Of a DNA stretch of 48,659 nucleotides, positions 31,798 to 42,283 are shown piece by piece; the stretch's first letter is position 1, and each line of letters starts with the position of its first letter. Both the position numbers and the translations under genes were made by a program. Source of the DNA: Pseudonocardia sp. (GTDB lineage Bacteria; Actinomycetota; Actinomycetes; Mycobacteriales; Pseudonocardiaceae); the NCBI GenBank assembly GCA_029266775.1, contig JAQSWF010000004.1, positions 1-48,659 on the forward strand, given 5' to 3'. The notes beneath the pieces were generated by a model. It was not told the DNA's origin. It did no database searches and worked only from the letters and a program-made list of their open reading frames with translations.

Positions 31798-33306
31798 TCA
31801 CGCGGGGTCCTTACCGAACAGGGTTCGTGCCTCGCCCGCGGTGACGACCGATCCGGTGACGATCACACCGGCCCCGGCCGCGCCCTCCTCCTCGGCGAGC
31901 TCACGCGCCTGCTCGATCGCCTCGGCGAGCACGGGCTCCACGCTCACCCGCTCCGAGCCGAAGACGTCGGCGGCGATCGCGCCCAGCTCGTCCGGGTCCA
32001 TCGCGCGGGGCGAGAAGTTCGTGCTGATCACGACCTCGGCCACCACCGGCTCCAGCTCGGCGAGGATCCCGCGGGCGTCCTTGTCCCGCATCGTCGCGAC
32101 CACTGCGATCAGCCGGCTGAAGCGGAACTCCGAGGTCAGCGCCGCGGCGAGGGCGCGGGTGCCGTGCGGGTTGTGCGCGGCGTCCACCAGCACCGTGGCC
32201 TCGGTGCCGCCGCCCGAGGCCACGCGCTCCAGGCGACCGGGCGACCGCACTCCGGCGAAGGCGACGCGCACCGCCTCCGCGTCCAGCGGCTGTTCGGGAC
32301 CGGCGCCGACCAGTGCCTCGGTGGCGGCGAGGGCGAGTGCGGCGTTCGACGCCTGGTGCTCACCGTGAAGCGGAAGGAAGATGTCGTCGTAGGCACCGGA
32401 CAGGCCCTGGATGCTGATCCGCTGCCCGCCGACGGCGAGCTCCCGCTCCCGCACGCCGAACTCGGCGCCCTCGCGCGCGACCTGCGCCCCCACCTCGGCA
32501 CACCGCTCGACGAGGACCTCGGCGACCGCGCGGTCCTGCGCGGCGAGTACCGCGATCGACCCGGCCTTGATGATCCCCGCCTTCTCCCGGGCGATGGCGA
32601 GCACGTCGGAACCCAGGAACTCGACGTGGTCGACACCGATCGGCGTGATCACCGCGACGTCCGCCTGGACGACGTTCGTCGCGTCCCATCGCCCGCCAAG
32701 ACCCACCTCCACGACACCGGCCTCCACCGGCGCGTCCGCGAACGCGGCGAAGCCCATCGCGGTGAGGATCTCGAACTTGCTCAGCGGGGTGTCGTGGCCC
32801 GCCTCCTGGTTGCGGGCGTCGACCAGGTCCACGAACGGCGCGATGTCCCGGTAGATCTCGACGTAGCGCTCCGGTGTGACCGGACGGTTGTCGATGTTGA
32901 TGCGCTCGGTGGCGAGCTGCAGGTGCGGGCTGGTGTAGCGGCCGGTGCGCAGCCCGATCTCGGTGAGCAGAGCGTCGATCATCCGCGCGGTGGAGGTCTT
33001 GCCGTTGGTCCCCGTCAGGTGCACGACGGGGTAGCCGCGCTGCGGATCTCCGAGGACCTCCACCAGCGTGGCAATGCGGTCGAGGGTCGGGTCGATCGCC
33101 GTCTCCGGCCAGCGCTTGTCCAGCACCGCCTCGACGGCGAGGAACTCGGCGAAGCCGGCAACGGACGACGTCGCGGGCACCACGTCCGGGGTCTCGGCGC
33201 CGCGGACGGCGTCGAGCACGTGGTGCAGGACGACGTCCTCAGTCGCTTCCGCGGGATCCGGAACGGCGCCCTCGCCCTCTGCCCCCTCGTCGTACGGATC
33301 GCTCAT
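31798..33306 (-). CDS. folC: Folylpolyglutamate synthase/dihydrofolate synthase
   Basis: [39 protein letters not shown]. Confidence 0.96.
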   Translation of the reverse strand: MSDPYDEGAEGEGAVPDPAEATEDVVLHHVLDAVRGAETPDVVPATSSVAGFAEFLAVEAVLDKRWPETAIDPTLDRIATLVEVLGDPQRGYPVVHLTGTNGKTSTARMIDALLTEIGLRTGRYTSPHLQLATERINIDNRPVTPERYVEIYRDIAPFVDLVDARNQEAGHDTPLSKFEILTAMGFAAFADAPVEAGVVEVGLGGRWDATNVVQADVAVITPIGVDHVEFLGSDVLAIAREKAGIIKAGSIAVLAAQDRAVAEVLVERCAEVGAQVAREGAEFGVRERELAVGGQRISIQGLSGAYDDIFLPLHGEHQASNAALALAATEALVGAGPEQPLDAEAVRVAFAGVRSPGRLERVASGGGTEATVLVDAAHNPHGTRALAAALTSEFRFSRLIAVVATMRDKDARGILAELEPVVAEVVISTNFSPRAMDPDELGAIAADVFGSERVSVEPVLAEAIEQARELAEEEGAAGAGVIVTGSVVTAGEARTLFGKDPA

Positions 33307-35912
33307 GGCGTCGGGAGAGCCTCCAGCCGGGCGGTGACCCGCTCGATGTCGGCCGCCGCCGTCTCCCGCCGGGCGCGGATCCCGTCGACCACGGTCGGCG
33401 GCGCCTTCTCGACGAACTTCGGGTTGCCGAGCTTCTTCTCGGCCTGCTCCAGCTCCTTCCGCGCCGCGGCGAGGTCCCGACCCAGCCGGGCGCGCTCGGC
33501 GGCGACGTCGATGGCAGCCGACGTGTCGAGCTCGACGCGGGCGGCACCGTCGGAGAGCACGACCTCGACCGTCGCAGTCGGTGCGAAGCCGTCGCCGTCG
33601 GGCTCCAGGCGGGCGAGCGCGCGCAGCGCGGCCTCGGCGTCACCGCTCACGTCGGCAACCCGGGCCGCAACCCGACGGCTGTCCGGCAGGCCTTGCTCGG
33701 TGCGGAACCGGCGGACCTCGGTGACGAGCTTCTGCAGGTCCGCCACGCGGGCTGCCGCGGCAGGGTCCACGGGTCGCCCGGCGTCGACCGGCCATGGCGC
33801 GACGACGACCGACTCGCCGCCGCTCAGCGTCGTCCAGAGCTCCTCGGTGACGAACGGCGCGACCGGGTGCAGCAGCTTGAGCAGCGCATCCAGGACGTGC
33901 CCGAGCACGGCGCGGGTGCCCTGCGCGGTGCTCTCGTCGCGGAGCTGCACCTTGGCCAGCTCGACGTACCAGTCGCACAGCTCGTCCCACGTGAAGTGGT
34001 AGAGCCCCTCGGTGGCCTTGGCGAACTGGAACTCCTCGAGCAGCGCGTCGGTCTCCTCGCGGACCTCGCGCAGGCGGCCGAGGATCCAGCGGTCGGCGTC
34101 CGTCGGCTCGCCGGGCAGTGGCATGTCGACCGTCACACCGTTCGCCAGGGCGAACCGGGTGGCGTTCCACAACTTGGTGACGAAGTTGCGCGAGCCGGCG
34201 ACCCACTCGGTGGAGAGCGACATGTCCGTGCCGGGGTTGCTGCCGCGGGCGATGGTGAAGCGCAGTGCGTCCGCTCCGAAGGCGTCGATCAGCTCCAGCG
34301 GGTCGATGACGTTGCCCTTGGACTTGCTCATCTTCCGGCCGTGCTCGTCCCGGATGAGCCCGTGCAGGTAGACGTCGCGGAAAGGCACCGCGTGCATCGC
34401 GTACAGCCCGAACATCATCATCCGGACGACCCAGAAGAACAGGATGTCGTAGCCGGTGACCAGCACGGACGTCGGGTAGTAGCGATCGAGGTCGGGCGTG
34501 CGCTCGGGCCACCCGAGGGTGGAGAACGGCCAGAGGCCCGAGGAGAACCAGGTGTCCAGGACGTCGTCGTCCTGACGCCAGCCCGCGCCGCTCGGCGGCT
34601 CCTCCTCCGGCCCGACGCAGATCGTCTGGCCGTCCGGGCCGTACCAGACGGGGATGCGGTGGCCCCACCACAGCTGCCGGGAGATGCACCAGTCGTGCAT
34701 CGAGTCGACCCAGTCGAAGTACCGGGAGGCCAGCTCCGGCGGATGAATACGGGTGTCGCCGGCGCGGACGGCGTCACCGGCCGCCTTGGCAAGGCGCTCG
34801 ACGCGGACGAACCACTGCAGGCTCAGGCGCGGCTCGATGGGCACGCCGGTGCGCGAATCGTGCCCGATGCTGTGGCGGTACGGGCGACGCTCCTCGACGA
34901 TCCGGCCCTGCGCGCGCAGCTCCTCGCGGACGGCCTCGCGGGCCGCGAACCGGTCCAGGCCGTCAAATCGCGTACCGCTGTCGGCGATGACGCCGGCCTC
35001 GTCCATGATCGTCGGCATCGGCAGGCCATGCCGGCGGCCGATCTCGAAGTCGTTCGGGTCGTGCGCCGGGGTGATCTTGAGTGCACCCGTGCCGAACGCC
35101 GGGTCGACGTGGTCGTCCGCGATCACCGGGATGTCCCGGCCGGTGATCGGCATGCGGATGGTGCGCCCCACCAGGTGGCGGTAGCGCTCATCGTCCGGGT
35201 GCACCGCGACCGCGGTGTCGCCCAGCATCGTCTCCACGCGCGTGGTCGCGACGACGACCGCGTCGTCGCCGTCCCCGTAGCGGATCGAGACGAGTTCCCC
35301 CTCGACCTCGCGGTGGTCGACCTCGATGTCGCTGATCGCGCTCTGCAGCGCGGGCGACCAGTTCACGAGGCGCTCGGCCCGGTAGATGAGCCCGTCGTCG
35401 AACATCTGCGTGAAGACGGTCTGGACCGCGCGGGAGAGCCCGTCGTCCAGCGTGAAGCGCTCGCGGGTCCAGTCGACGCCCTCGCCGAGCCGGCGCATCT
35501 GGCCGAGGATGGCCCCGCCCGACTCCGCCTTCCACGCCCATATCCGGGCGACGAACGCCTCGCGGCCCATCTGCCTGCGCCCCGGCTCGCCCGCGTCGGC
35601 GAGCTGGCGCTCGACGACGCTCTGCGTGGCGATGCCCGCGTGGTCCATCCCGGGCAGGTACAAAGCGTCGTAGCCCTGCATGCGGCGGCGTCGGGTCAGC
35701 GCGTCGATCAGGGTGTGGTCCATGGCGTGCCCGAGGTGCAGGCTGCCGGTGACGTTCGGCGGCGGAATGACGATGCAGTAGGGCGGCTTGTCGCTCTTCG
35801 GATCCGCCTCGAAGTACCCGCGCTCCAGCCACCGCTCGTACAGCCGTCCCTCTACCTCGCCCGGAACGAACTGGGCGGGCAGGTCACGGCTCGGTGGGTG
35901 GGCGTTGGTCAC
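33303..35912 (-). CDS. valS: Valine--tRNA ligase
   Basis: [38 protein letters not shown]-terminal coiled coil. Confidence 0.97.
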   Translation of the reverse strand: MTNAHPPSRDLPAQFVPGEVEGRLYERWLERGYFEADPKSDKPPYCIVIPPPNVTGSLHLGHAMDHTLIDALTRRRRMQGYDALYLPGMDHAGIATQSVVERQLADAGEPGRRQMGREAFVARIWAWKAESGGAILGQMRRLGEGVDWTRERFTLDDGLSRAVQTVFTQMFDDGLIYRAERLVNWSPALQSAISDIEVDHREVEGELVSIRYGDGDDAVVVATTRVETMLGDTAVAVHPDDERYRHLVGRTIRMPITGRDIPVIADDHVDPAFGTGALKITPAHDPNDFEIGRRHGLPMPTIMDEAGVIADSGTRFDGLDRFAAREAVREELRAQGRIVEERRPYRHSIGHDSRTGVPIEPRLSLQWFVRVERLAKAAGDAVRAGDTRIHPPELASRYFDWVDSMHDWCISRQLWWGHRIPVWYGPDGQTICVGPEEEPPSGAGWRQDDDVLDTWFSSGLWPFSTLGWPERTPDLDRYYPTSVLVTGYDILFFWVVRMMMFGLYAMHAVPFRDVYLHGLIRDEHGRKMSKSKGNVIDPLELIDAFGADALRFTIARGSNPGTDMSLSTEWVAGSRNFVTKLWNATRFALANGVTVDMPLPGEPTDADRWILGRLREVREETDALLEEFQFAKATEGLYHFTWDELCDWYVELAKVQLRDESTAQGTRAVLGHVLDALLKLLHPVAPFVTEELWTTLSGGESVVVAPWPVDAGRPVDPAAAARVADLQKLVTEVRRFRTEQGLPDSRRVAARVADVSGDAEAALRALARLEPDGDGFAPTATVEVVLSDGAARVELDTSAAIDVAAERARLGRDLAAARKELEQAEKKLGNPKFVEKAPPTVVDGIRARRETAAADIERVTARLEALPTP

Positions 35913-35962
35913 CTCGCCGAGTCTACGAGCAGGCCCTCCCCCGCGACGCAGCGCGTTCTCCT

Positions 35963-36038
35963 GCGCGAGTGGCGACAAACTCGCGCGCGAGTCGCTACGA
36001 ACCGGCGCGCGAGTCGCTACGAACCGGCGCGCGAGTCG
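35963..36038 (+). repeat. 22-bp tandem repeat GCGCGAGTCGCTACGAACCGGC, about 3.5 copies
   Basis: Units at 35963 (degenerate), 35985 and 36007 (identical), 36029 (partial). Confidence 0.9.
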
Positions 36039-36053
36039 ACGGTTCGGGCCCCG

Positions 36054-36689
36054 TCAGCGCGGAAGCAGGACGGCATGCAGGCGGCCGAAGCCGAGCACCG
36101 GCGCGAGCCGGCGCTTCCGGACCGCGTCCAGCCCCACCGCCTTGACCTGCCCTGCGGTCGGCTCGTAGACCCGCCACGTGTCCCCCTCCGCCCCGAGGGC
36201 GAGCACGTAATGCCGCGGCACCAGCGAACCGACCAGCAGCGGGACCGGCCGGCCGGTCCCCAGCACGGCGCCGACGGCGGCGAGGACGTCCGCGAGGTCA
36301 CGGGCCGACGTGTCGTCGACGAGCCGAACGCGGTGGCGCCCGGCCGAGGGCACGTGGTCGTGCAGCCAGCGCACCGCCCCCCACGGCGTGGTGCCCAGCG
36401 CGCGCGGCCAGAACCGGTTCGTCTCCCGGTGCACCTGCTTCTGACGGGCGTCGAACCGCGCGCCGAACCCCGCCCCGAACAGCGCCCGGCCGTCCCCGGG
36501 GCCGCCCTCCAGGCGCTCCAGCTCGGCCGGGTCCGCCCACGCCGCGAGCGCCACGAGCACCGCGCTGCCGCACGTCGTGCCGTCGACCTGGTCCAGCACC
36601 GCGCCGCCGCGGCGCTGCGGCCCGACGCGGTCGCTGAGCAGCGGTCGGCTCCCCGCCGTCGCCGACGCCGACGTCACGAGCCCGGCCAC
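36054..36689 (-). CDS. Hypothetical protein with putative papain-like (C39-like) Cys-His catalytic pattern
   Basis: DQVDGTTCGS, GTTPW, PRHYVLA, VYEP; GTG 36689 after GGAGG. Confidence 0.65.
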   Translation of the reverse strand: MAGLVTSASATAGSRPLLSDRVGPQRRGGAVLDQVDGTTCGSAVLVALAAWADPAELERLEGGPGDGRALFGAGFGARFDARQKQVHRETNRFWPRALGTTPWGAVRWLHDHVPSAGRHRVRLVDDTSARDLADVLAAVGAVLGTGRPVPLLVGSLVPRHYVLALGAEGDTWRVYEPTAGQVKAVGLDAVRKRRLAPVLGFGRLHAVLLPR

Positions 36690-36814
36690 CGGTGACCTCC
36701 GGCGCGGCACGACCCGCGACGCCAGCAGCTGGGCCTGCCGCCCCAGCCCGCACACCGTCCGCACGACCGTCAACCTAGTGCGGATGCTGATCCGCTCGGC
36801 GCTACCGTGCCCTG

Positions 36815-37237
36815 ATGGAGCAGCTGAGCCCGGAGGTCCTCGCGTTCCTTGCCACCGGTACCCGCACCGGCAAGCTGGGCTGGACGGCCGTGGACGGGCG
36901 CCCGCTCGTCGCTCCGGTCTGGTTCGTCGTCGAGGACGGGACGTTGGTGTTCACTACCGGCAAGAACACGGCAAAGGGCCGGGCCATCGCCCGCGACCCG
37001 CGGCTGGTCGTCTGCGTCGACCTCGAGGAGCCGCCGTTCGCGTTCGTCCAGGTGCAGGGCACGGCGACGGTCGACGAAGACCCGGACGAGCTGCTGCGCA
37101 CGGCCACCGCGATCGGCCGGCGCTACATGGGCCCGGACCGGGCCGACGAGTTCGGCAGGCGCAACGGCGTTCCCGGAGAGCTGGCCGTGCGCGTCCACCC
37201 GACCAGGGTCGTCGCGGACCTGAACGTCACAGCCTGA
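36815..37237 (+). CDS. PPOX-class F420-dependent oxidoreductase
   Basis: DGRPLVAPVWF, KGRAIARDPR, VQVQGTA, GRRNGVPGE. Confidence 0.9.
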   Translation: MEQLSPEVLAFLATGTRTGKLGWTAVDGRPLVAPVWFVVEDGTLVFTTGKNTAKGRAIARDPRLVVCVDLEEPPFAFVQVQGTATVDEDPDELLRTATAIGRRYMGPDRADEFGRRNGVPGELAVRVHPTRVVADLNVTA

Positions 37238-37250
37238 CGTGCGTGACGGC

Positions 37251-37583
37251 TCAGGCCCGCCGCGCCTGATCGTTCGCCGGGACACCGCGCTCGTCCGACG
37301 AACCCCAGCCGGCCGCGAGCGCGCTGATCTTCTGCGCGTAATCCCGTGCAGCGACAGCCGGGTCGTCGGCCCGGCCGGCGGCGAGGCCGATCAGGAACGC
37401 CGTCACCGGAGCAGCCGGTCGATCGACGCCGTGCGCGACATCCGAGGTCATGTCGAGGACCAGGTCGACGACCGACGCGCCGCCGACACCCGTCAGACCC
37501 AGCTCTTGCGTGACCGCGTCGACCCACGGCGACATTCCGGTCGCCTCCGGGCTGGCGTCGGTGGTGTCATCGCTTCCGCTCAC
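37251..37583 (-). CDS. DUF6457-like small protein
   Basis: W....ELGL...VLD...DVAHGVDRPAAPVTAFLIGLAAG. Confidence 0.75.
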   Translation of the reverse strand: MSGSDDTTDASPEATGMSPWVDAVTQELGLTGVGGASVVDLVLDMTSDVAHGVDRPAAPVTAFLIGLAAGRADDPAVAARDYAQKISALAAGWGSSDERGVPANDQARRA

Positions 37584-37599
37584 CACAAGCCCTACTTCC

Positions 37600-37750
37600 T
37601 CAGCCGAACAGTGCGGGTATGCGGCTGAGCAGCTGCACCAAACCGTAGCCGAACGGGATGAGCACCCACAGCCACGCCAGTATGGCCACGAGCGGGCTGA
37701 CCGCACGGCCCTCCGACTTCCCCGGTGTAGCCCGTTTCGCGCGTGCTCAT
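37600..37750 (-). CDS. MFS transporter small subunit-like peptide (apparent frameshift near start)
   Basis: SPLVAILAWLWVLIPFGYGLVQLLSRIPALFG*. The ATG at 37750 overlaps the MFS stop but is one base out of frame (ACGGGCT). Confidence 0.65.
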
Positions 37751-39122
37751 GCTCGCGCCTCCGTCTTCGTCTCGGCCGCGTCGGCCGGCTCGTGGAACTT
37801 GTCGTTGACCGGGCGGATCAGCTCGTTGCAGATGAAGCCGATGATCAACAGCCCGACCATGATGGAGAACGAGAGCGTGTAGCGGCCCGGACCCGTCACG
37901 CCCGCGTCGATCCGCGCGTCCGCGATCGCGTTTACGATCACCGGGCCGAGCACGCCGGCCAGGGACCACGCCGTGAGCAGGCGGCCGTGGATGGCGCCGA
38001 CCTGGTAGGTCCCGAACAGGTCGCGCAGGTAGGCGGGGACGGTGGCGAACCCGGCGCCGTAGAACGACAGGATGAGGATCGCGCAAAGGAGGAAGACGAC
38101 CTTGTTCGCGTTCGTCGTCAGCACGACGGTCAGGTAGAGCAGGGCGCCGACGCCGAGGTAGATGCGGTACATGTTCTTGCGACCGAGGAAGTCCGACGTG
38201 CTCGACCAGAGGATGCGGCCGATCGAGTTGGCCAGCGAGAGGATCGCGACGAACCCCGCGGCCGCGGCGGCGAGGGCCTGCGGGCTGGCCGCCTCGGGAA
38301 AGAAGTCGCTCCAGATGGACGCCGCACGCTCGAGGATCCCGATACCGGCGGTGACGTTGAAGCACAGCACCACCCAGAGCAGCCAGAACTGCGTGGTGCG
38401 GATGGCGTTGTTCGCTGACACGTTGCCCGTGGTGATGAGCGAACCGGTCTTCGCGTGGGCCGGGTGCCAGCCCGCGGGCTTCCAATCCGGTGCGGGAACG
38501 CGGATCAGCAGCCAACCGACCGACATGAACACCGCGTAGATGAGGCCCATGACTAGGAAGATCTGGCGATGCCGCTGACGTCGGGTTGTTCCCCGCTACC
38601 CCCGAACGCGCGGAGCAGCTGGTTGGTCAGCGGCGAGGCGATGAGCGCGCCGCCGCCGAAGCCCATGATTGCGATACCGGTGGACAGGCCCGGCCGGTCC
38701 GGGAACCACTTGATCAGCGTCGAGACCGGCGAGATGTAGCCGATGCCCAGCCCGATCCCGCCGACGAAGCCGTAGCCGACGACGACCATCCAGTACTGGC
38801 GCAGGTAGAGCCCCAGCGCCGAGATGAGGAAGCCGCTGACGAAGCAGGCCGACGACACGGCCATCGCCCACCGCGGGCTGTTCTTGTCCACGCGGGTGCC
38901 GAACAGGGCTGCGGACAGCCCCAACATGATGATCCCGAGGGTGAACGGGAGCGCGCTGGCTACGCCGGAGATCCCGAGGCCGCGCTCGAGCGGCGGCTTG
39001 AAGACACTCCACGCGTAGGCCTGGCCGATCGCCAGGTGGATCGACAGTGCGGCCGGCGGTGTCAGCCACCTGCTCCACCCCGGCGGGGCGACGATCCGTT
39101 CGCGCTCGAGGAACCCTGCCAT
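37747..39122 (-). CDS. OFA-family (oxalate:formate/monocarboxylate) MFS transporter, frameshift at about 38565
   Basis: IGQAYAWSVF, GIGYISPVSTLIKWFPDRPG, IMGFGGGA, YGAGFATVPAYLRDLFG, AIHGRLLTAW. One added base gives GIA[Q]IFLVMG. Confidence 0.88.
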
Positions 39123-39212
39123 GCCGACTCCCATGAGGTCATTGATCTCGAGGGCGGCCTTACCCCGCTCGTAGCGTGATCAACCGCCCTCGGGCGGGTC
39201 GGCCGGGAGATG

Positions 39213-39253
39213 CGCGAGTCGGCACGAATGGGTGCACGAGTTGCCGACTCGCG
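39213..39253. terminator. Hairpin downstream of clpX, related to the 22-bp repeat family
   Basis: Perfect 12-bp arms CGCGAGTCGGCA / TGCCGACTCGCG, 17-nt loop; no U-tract. Confidence 0.55.
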
Positions 39254-39296
39254 GGGAGAGGGACGCGCAGCCGGGCAGATGTGGGAGGAGGGGTGG

Positions 39297-40577
39297 CTAC
39301 GCGGAGCGCTCGCGGCGCTCCCGGCGCGCGGGCTGGCGGGGGACGATCGTCGGGTTGACGTTCTCGCGCACCGTCTGCTCGGTGACGACGACCTTGGCCA
39401 CGTCGTCCCGGCTCGGGATGTCGTACATGACCGGGAGGAGGACCTCCTCCATGATGGCCCGCAGGCCGCGGGCGCCCGTGCCGCGCAGGATGGCCTGGTC
39501 CGCGACGGCCTCCAGCGCGTCCGGCGTGAACTCGAGCTCCACGCCGTCCATCTCGAACAGCTTGCGGTACTGCTTCACCAGCGCGTTCCGCGGGTCGGTG
39601 AGGATCTTGACGAGCGCGTCCTTGTCCAGGGACGTCACCGACGCGACCACCGGCAGCCGCCCGATGAACTCGGGGATCAGCCCGAACTTGATGAGGTCTT
39701 CGGGCATCGTGTCCGCGAAGCTCTCGGCCGATTCCAGATCGTTCTTCGAGCGGATCTCGGCGCCGAAGCCCAGCCCGCGGCGGCCGACCCGGTCACCGAT
39801 GATCTTCTCGAGACCGGCGAAGGCGCCCGCCACGATGAACAGGACGTTCGTCGTGTCGATCTGAATGAACTCCTGGTGCGGGTGCTTGCGCCCGCCCTGC
39901 GGGGGCACGCTCGCGGTGGTGCCCTCGAGGATCTTCAGCAGCGCCTGCTGCACGCCCTCACCCGACACGTCACGGGTGATCGACGGGTTCTCCGACTTGC
40001 GGGCGATCTTGTCGACCTCGTCGATGTAGATGATGCCGGTCTCGGCACGCTTGACGTCGTAGTCGGCCGCCTGGATGAGCTTCAGGAGGATGTTCTCGAC
40101 GTCTTCGCCGACGTAGCCGGCCTCGGTCAGGGCCGTCGCATCGGCGATCGCGAACGGCACGTTCAGCAGCTTCGCCAGCGTCTGCGCGAGGTAGGTCTTG
40201 CCGCAGCCGGTGGGACCGAGCATGAGGATGTTCGACTTGGCCAGCTCGACGCCGTCGCCACCGTCGCCGCGCCCTTTGTCGCCCGCCTGGATCCGCTTGT
40301 AATGGTTGTAGACCGCGACGCTCAATGTCCGCTTCGTGGTCGTCTGCCCCACCACGTACTGGTCGAGGAACTCGTGGATCTCCGCCGGCTTGGGCAGCTC
40401 GTCGAGCTTGACCTCACCGGCCTCGGCGAGCTCTTCCTCGATGATCTCGTTGCACAGATCGATGCACTCGTCGCAGATGTAGACCCCGGGCCCGGCGATG
40501 AGTTTCTTGACCTGCTTCTGGCTCTTTCCGCAGAACGAGCACTTGAGGAGGTCGCCGCCGTCACCGATGCGTGCCAT
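39297..40577 (-). CDS. clpX: ATP-dependent Clp protease ATP-binding subunit
   Basis: [18 protein letters not shown] zinc finger, [24 protein letters not shown] loop. Confidence 0.98.
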   Translation of the reverse strand: MARIGDGGDLLKCSFCGKSQKQVKKLIAGPGVYICDECIDLCNEIIEEELAEAGEVKLDELPKPAEIHEFLDQYVVGQTTTKRTLSVAVYNHYKRIQAGDKGRGDGGDGVELAKSNILMLGPTGCGKTYLAQTLAKLLNVPFAIADATALTEAGYVGEDVENILLKLIQAADYDVKRAETGIIYIDEVDKIARKSENPSITRDVSGEGVQQALLKILEGTTASVPPQGGRKHPHQEFIQIDTTNVLFIVAGAFAGLEKIIGDRVGRRGLGFGAEIRSKNDLESAESFADTMPEDLIKFGLIPEFIGRLPVVASVTSLDKDALVKILTDPRNALVKQYRKLFEMDGVELEFTPDALEAVADQAILRGTGARGLRAIMEEVLLPVMYDIPSRDDVAKVVVTEQTVRENVNPTIVPRQPARRERRERSA

Positions 40578-40830
40578 GAGTGCAGACCCCAGTCCCATCC
40601 GGCTCACCCGTCCGGTGCGCCTGTCGTGACGGTACCCGCCGAGGACGGTCACCGGGGAGCGTGGAGCGGCTCCGAATCGGCGACGTGTCGGTGGGCGGTC
40701 GCCGCCGGGACCAGGTGGACCCGACGGCGACGGCGGTACTAAATCACTTCACTTGTGGATCTTCGCCTAACTCCGCTGCGGCGTTCATCCATAGACACGC
40801 GGGAGGTCGACCGTCCGTGGACGGCCGCCG

Positions 40831-41505
40831 TCAGCCGACCGGCGTCAGCTTCCGGCTCTGGATGATCTCGTCGATGATCCCGTAGTCCTTGGCCTCCTCG
40901 GCCGTCAGGATCTTGTCGCGCTCGATGTCGAGCCGGACCTGCTCGGGCGTCCGGCCGCTGTGCTTGGCCAGCGTCGACTCCAGCAGCTTGCGCATCCGGG
41001 AGATCTCCGCGGCCTGGATCTCGAGGTCCGAGACCTGACCGTAGATGCCTTCGGTCGCGGGCTGGTGGATGAGGATCCGGGCGTTCGGCACGGCCAGCCT
41101 CTTGCCGGGCGACCCGGCAGCGAGTAGCACGGCAGCGGCCGACGCGGCCTGGCCGAGACACACGGTGGTGATCTCGGGCCGCACGTACTGCATCGTGTCG
41201 TAGATCGCCATCAACGACGTGAAGGAACCACCCGGCGAGTTGATGTACATCAGGATGTCGCGGTCCGGATCCGTCGACTCCAGCACGAGCAGCTGGGCCA
41301 TGACGTCGTTCGCCGACGCGTCGTCGATCTGCACCCCGAGGAAGATGATGCGCTCCTCGAAGAGCTTGTTGTACGGGTTCGATTCCTTGACCCCGTAGCT
41401 GGTGCGCTCGACGAAGGACGGCAGCACGTACCGCGATTGTGGGGACAGCCCGGCGTCGCCGCCCAGGGAGTGGGCGACGCCGCCACCGGCCGGCTGGTAA
41501 CTCAT
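40831..41505 (-). CDS. clpP2: Clp protease proteolytic subunit 2
   Basis: [36 protein letters not shown]. Confidence 0.96.
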   Translation of the reverse strand: MSYQPAGGGVAHSLGGDAGLSPQSRYVLPSFVERTSYGVKESNPYNKLFEERIIFLGVQIDDASANDVMAQLLVLESTDPDRDILMYINSPGGSFTSLMAIYDTMQYVRPEITTVCLGQAASAAAVLLAAGSPGKRLAVPNARILIHQPATEGIYGQVSDLEIQAAEISRMRKLLESTLAKHSGRTPEQVRLDIERDKILTAEEAKDYGIIDEIIQSRKLTPVG

Positions 41506-42164
41506 CGGGCGCTCCCGTTTCCGTTCTGAGTCGCGTCGGGCAGCTGCCCGGCCCGCGAGATCACGTGGTCAACGAAGCCGTAGTCCTTCGCCTCCTGCGC
41601 GGAGAACCACCGGTCCCGGTCGAAGTCGGCGGTGATCCGCTCGACGGTCTGCCCGGTGTGTTGGGCGATCAGCTCGGCCATCTCCCGCTTGTGCCGACGG
41701 AACAGCTCGGCCTGGATCGCGATGTCGGACTCGGTACCGCCGACCCCGGCCGACGGCTGGTGCATGAGGATCTGGCAGTGCGGCAGCGCGTAGCGCTTGC
41801 CCGGGGTGCCTGCGGAGAGCAGGAACTGCCCCATCGAGGCCGCCAACCCCATCGCGTAGGTGGCCACGTCGCACTCGATGAACTCCATCGTGTCGAAGAT
41901 GGCCATCCCGGCGGTCACCGAACCGCCCGGAGAGTTGATGTAGAGAGAGATGTCGCCCGTCGGGTCTTCCGCGGACAGCAACAGCATCTGCGCGGCGATC
42001 CGATTGGCGATCTCGTCGTCCACCTGCTGCCCGAGGACGACGATGCGCTGCTGGAGCAGCCGCTCGAACACCGTGTCGGACAGCGTCATGGAGGTGGGCG
42101 CGCCCCGCCGCATGTGCGCGGCCGCCGAGCCCCTGGTAACCGGGCCGGTGTTCTGCTGGCTCAC
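41502..42164 (-). CDS. clpP1: Clp protease proteolytic subunit 1
   Basis: [38 protein letters not shown]. Confidence 0.96.
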   Translation of the reverse strand: MSQQNTGPVTRGSAAAHMRRGAPTSMTLSDTVFERLLQQRIVVLGQQVDDEIANRIAAQMLLLSAEDPTGDISLYINSPGGSVTAGMAIFDTMEFIECDVATYAMGLAASMGQFLLSAGTPGKRYALPHCQILMHQPSAGVGGTESDIAIQAELFRRHKREMAELIAQHTGQTVERITADFDRDRWFSAQEAKDYGFVDHVISRAGQLPDATQNGNGSAR

Positions 42165-42215
42165 GTCATTCCTGCCTTCTGATGGTGCTCACGCCTGTTG
42201 ACGTTGTCGTTTCCG

Positions 42216-42277
42216 ACCCTACGCGGGCAATCGGAGTCGACCCCGCTGTTCGAGCCGATGTTCGCTCTGAGCCGTAC
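42216..42277 (-). promoter_or_regulatory. clpP1P2 promoter: TAGGGT -10 and putative ClgR site
   Basis: -10 at 42216-42221; GTTCGC-TCTGA-GCC at 42260-42273 has one mismatch to the actinobacterial ClgR motif GTTCGC-N5-GCG. Confidence 0.55.
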
Positions 42278-42283
42278 GACAGC

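Noticed and set aside
35963-36038. CRISPR array
   Set aside because: Units are contiguous with no unique spacers, and no cas genes are present.
35913-36053. T-box riboswitch upstream of valS
   Set aside because: No T-box consensus; the region is occupied by the 22-bp repeat and valS appears leaderless.
33693-36695. 1000-aa plus-strand ORF
   Set aside because: Antisense shadow of valS, typical of GC-rich DNA; no motifs.
40604-40620. Operator copy upstream of clpX (TCACCC...), and similar half-sites near 24764, 30647 and 31098
   Set aside because: Only a half-site; the right arm does not match at 5-nt spacing.
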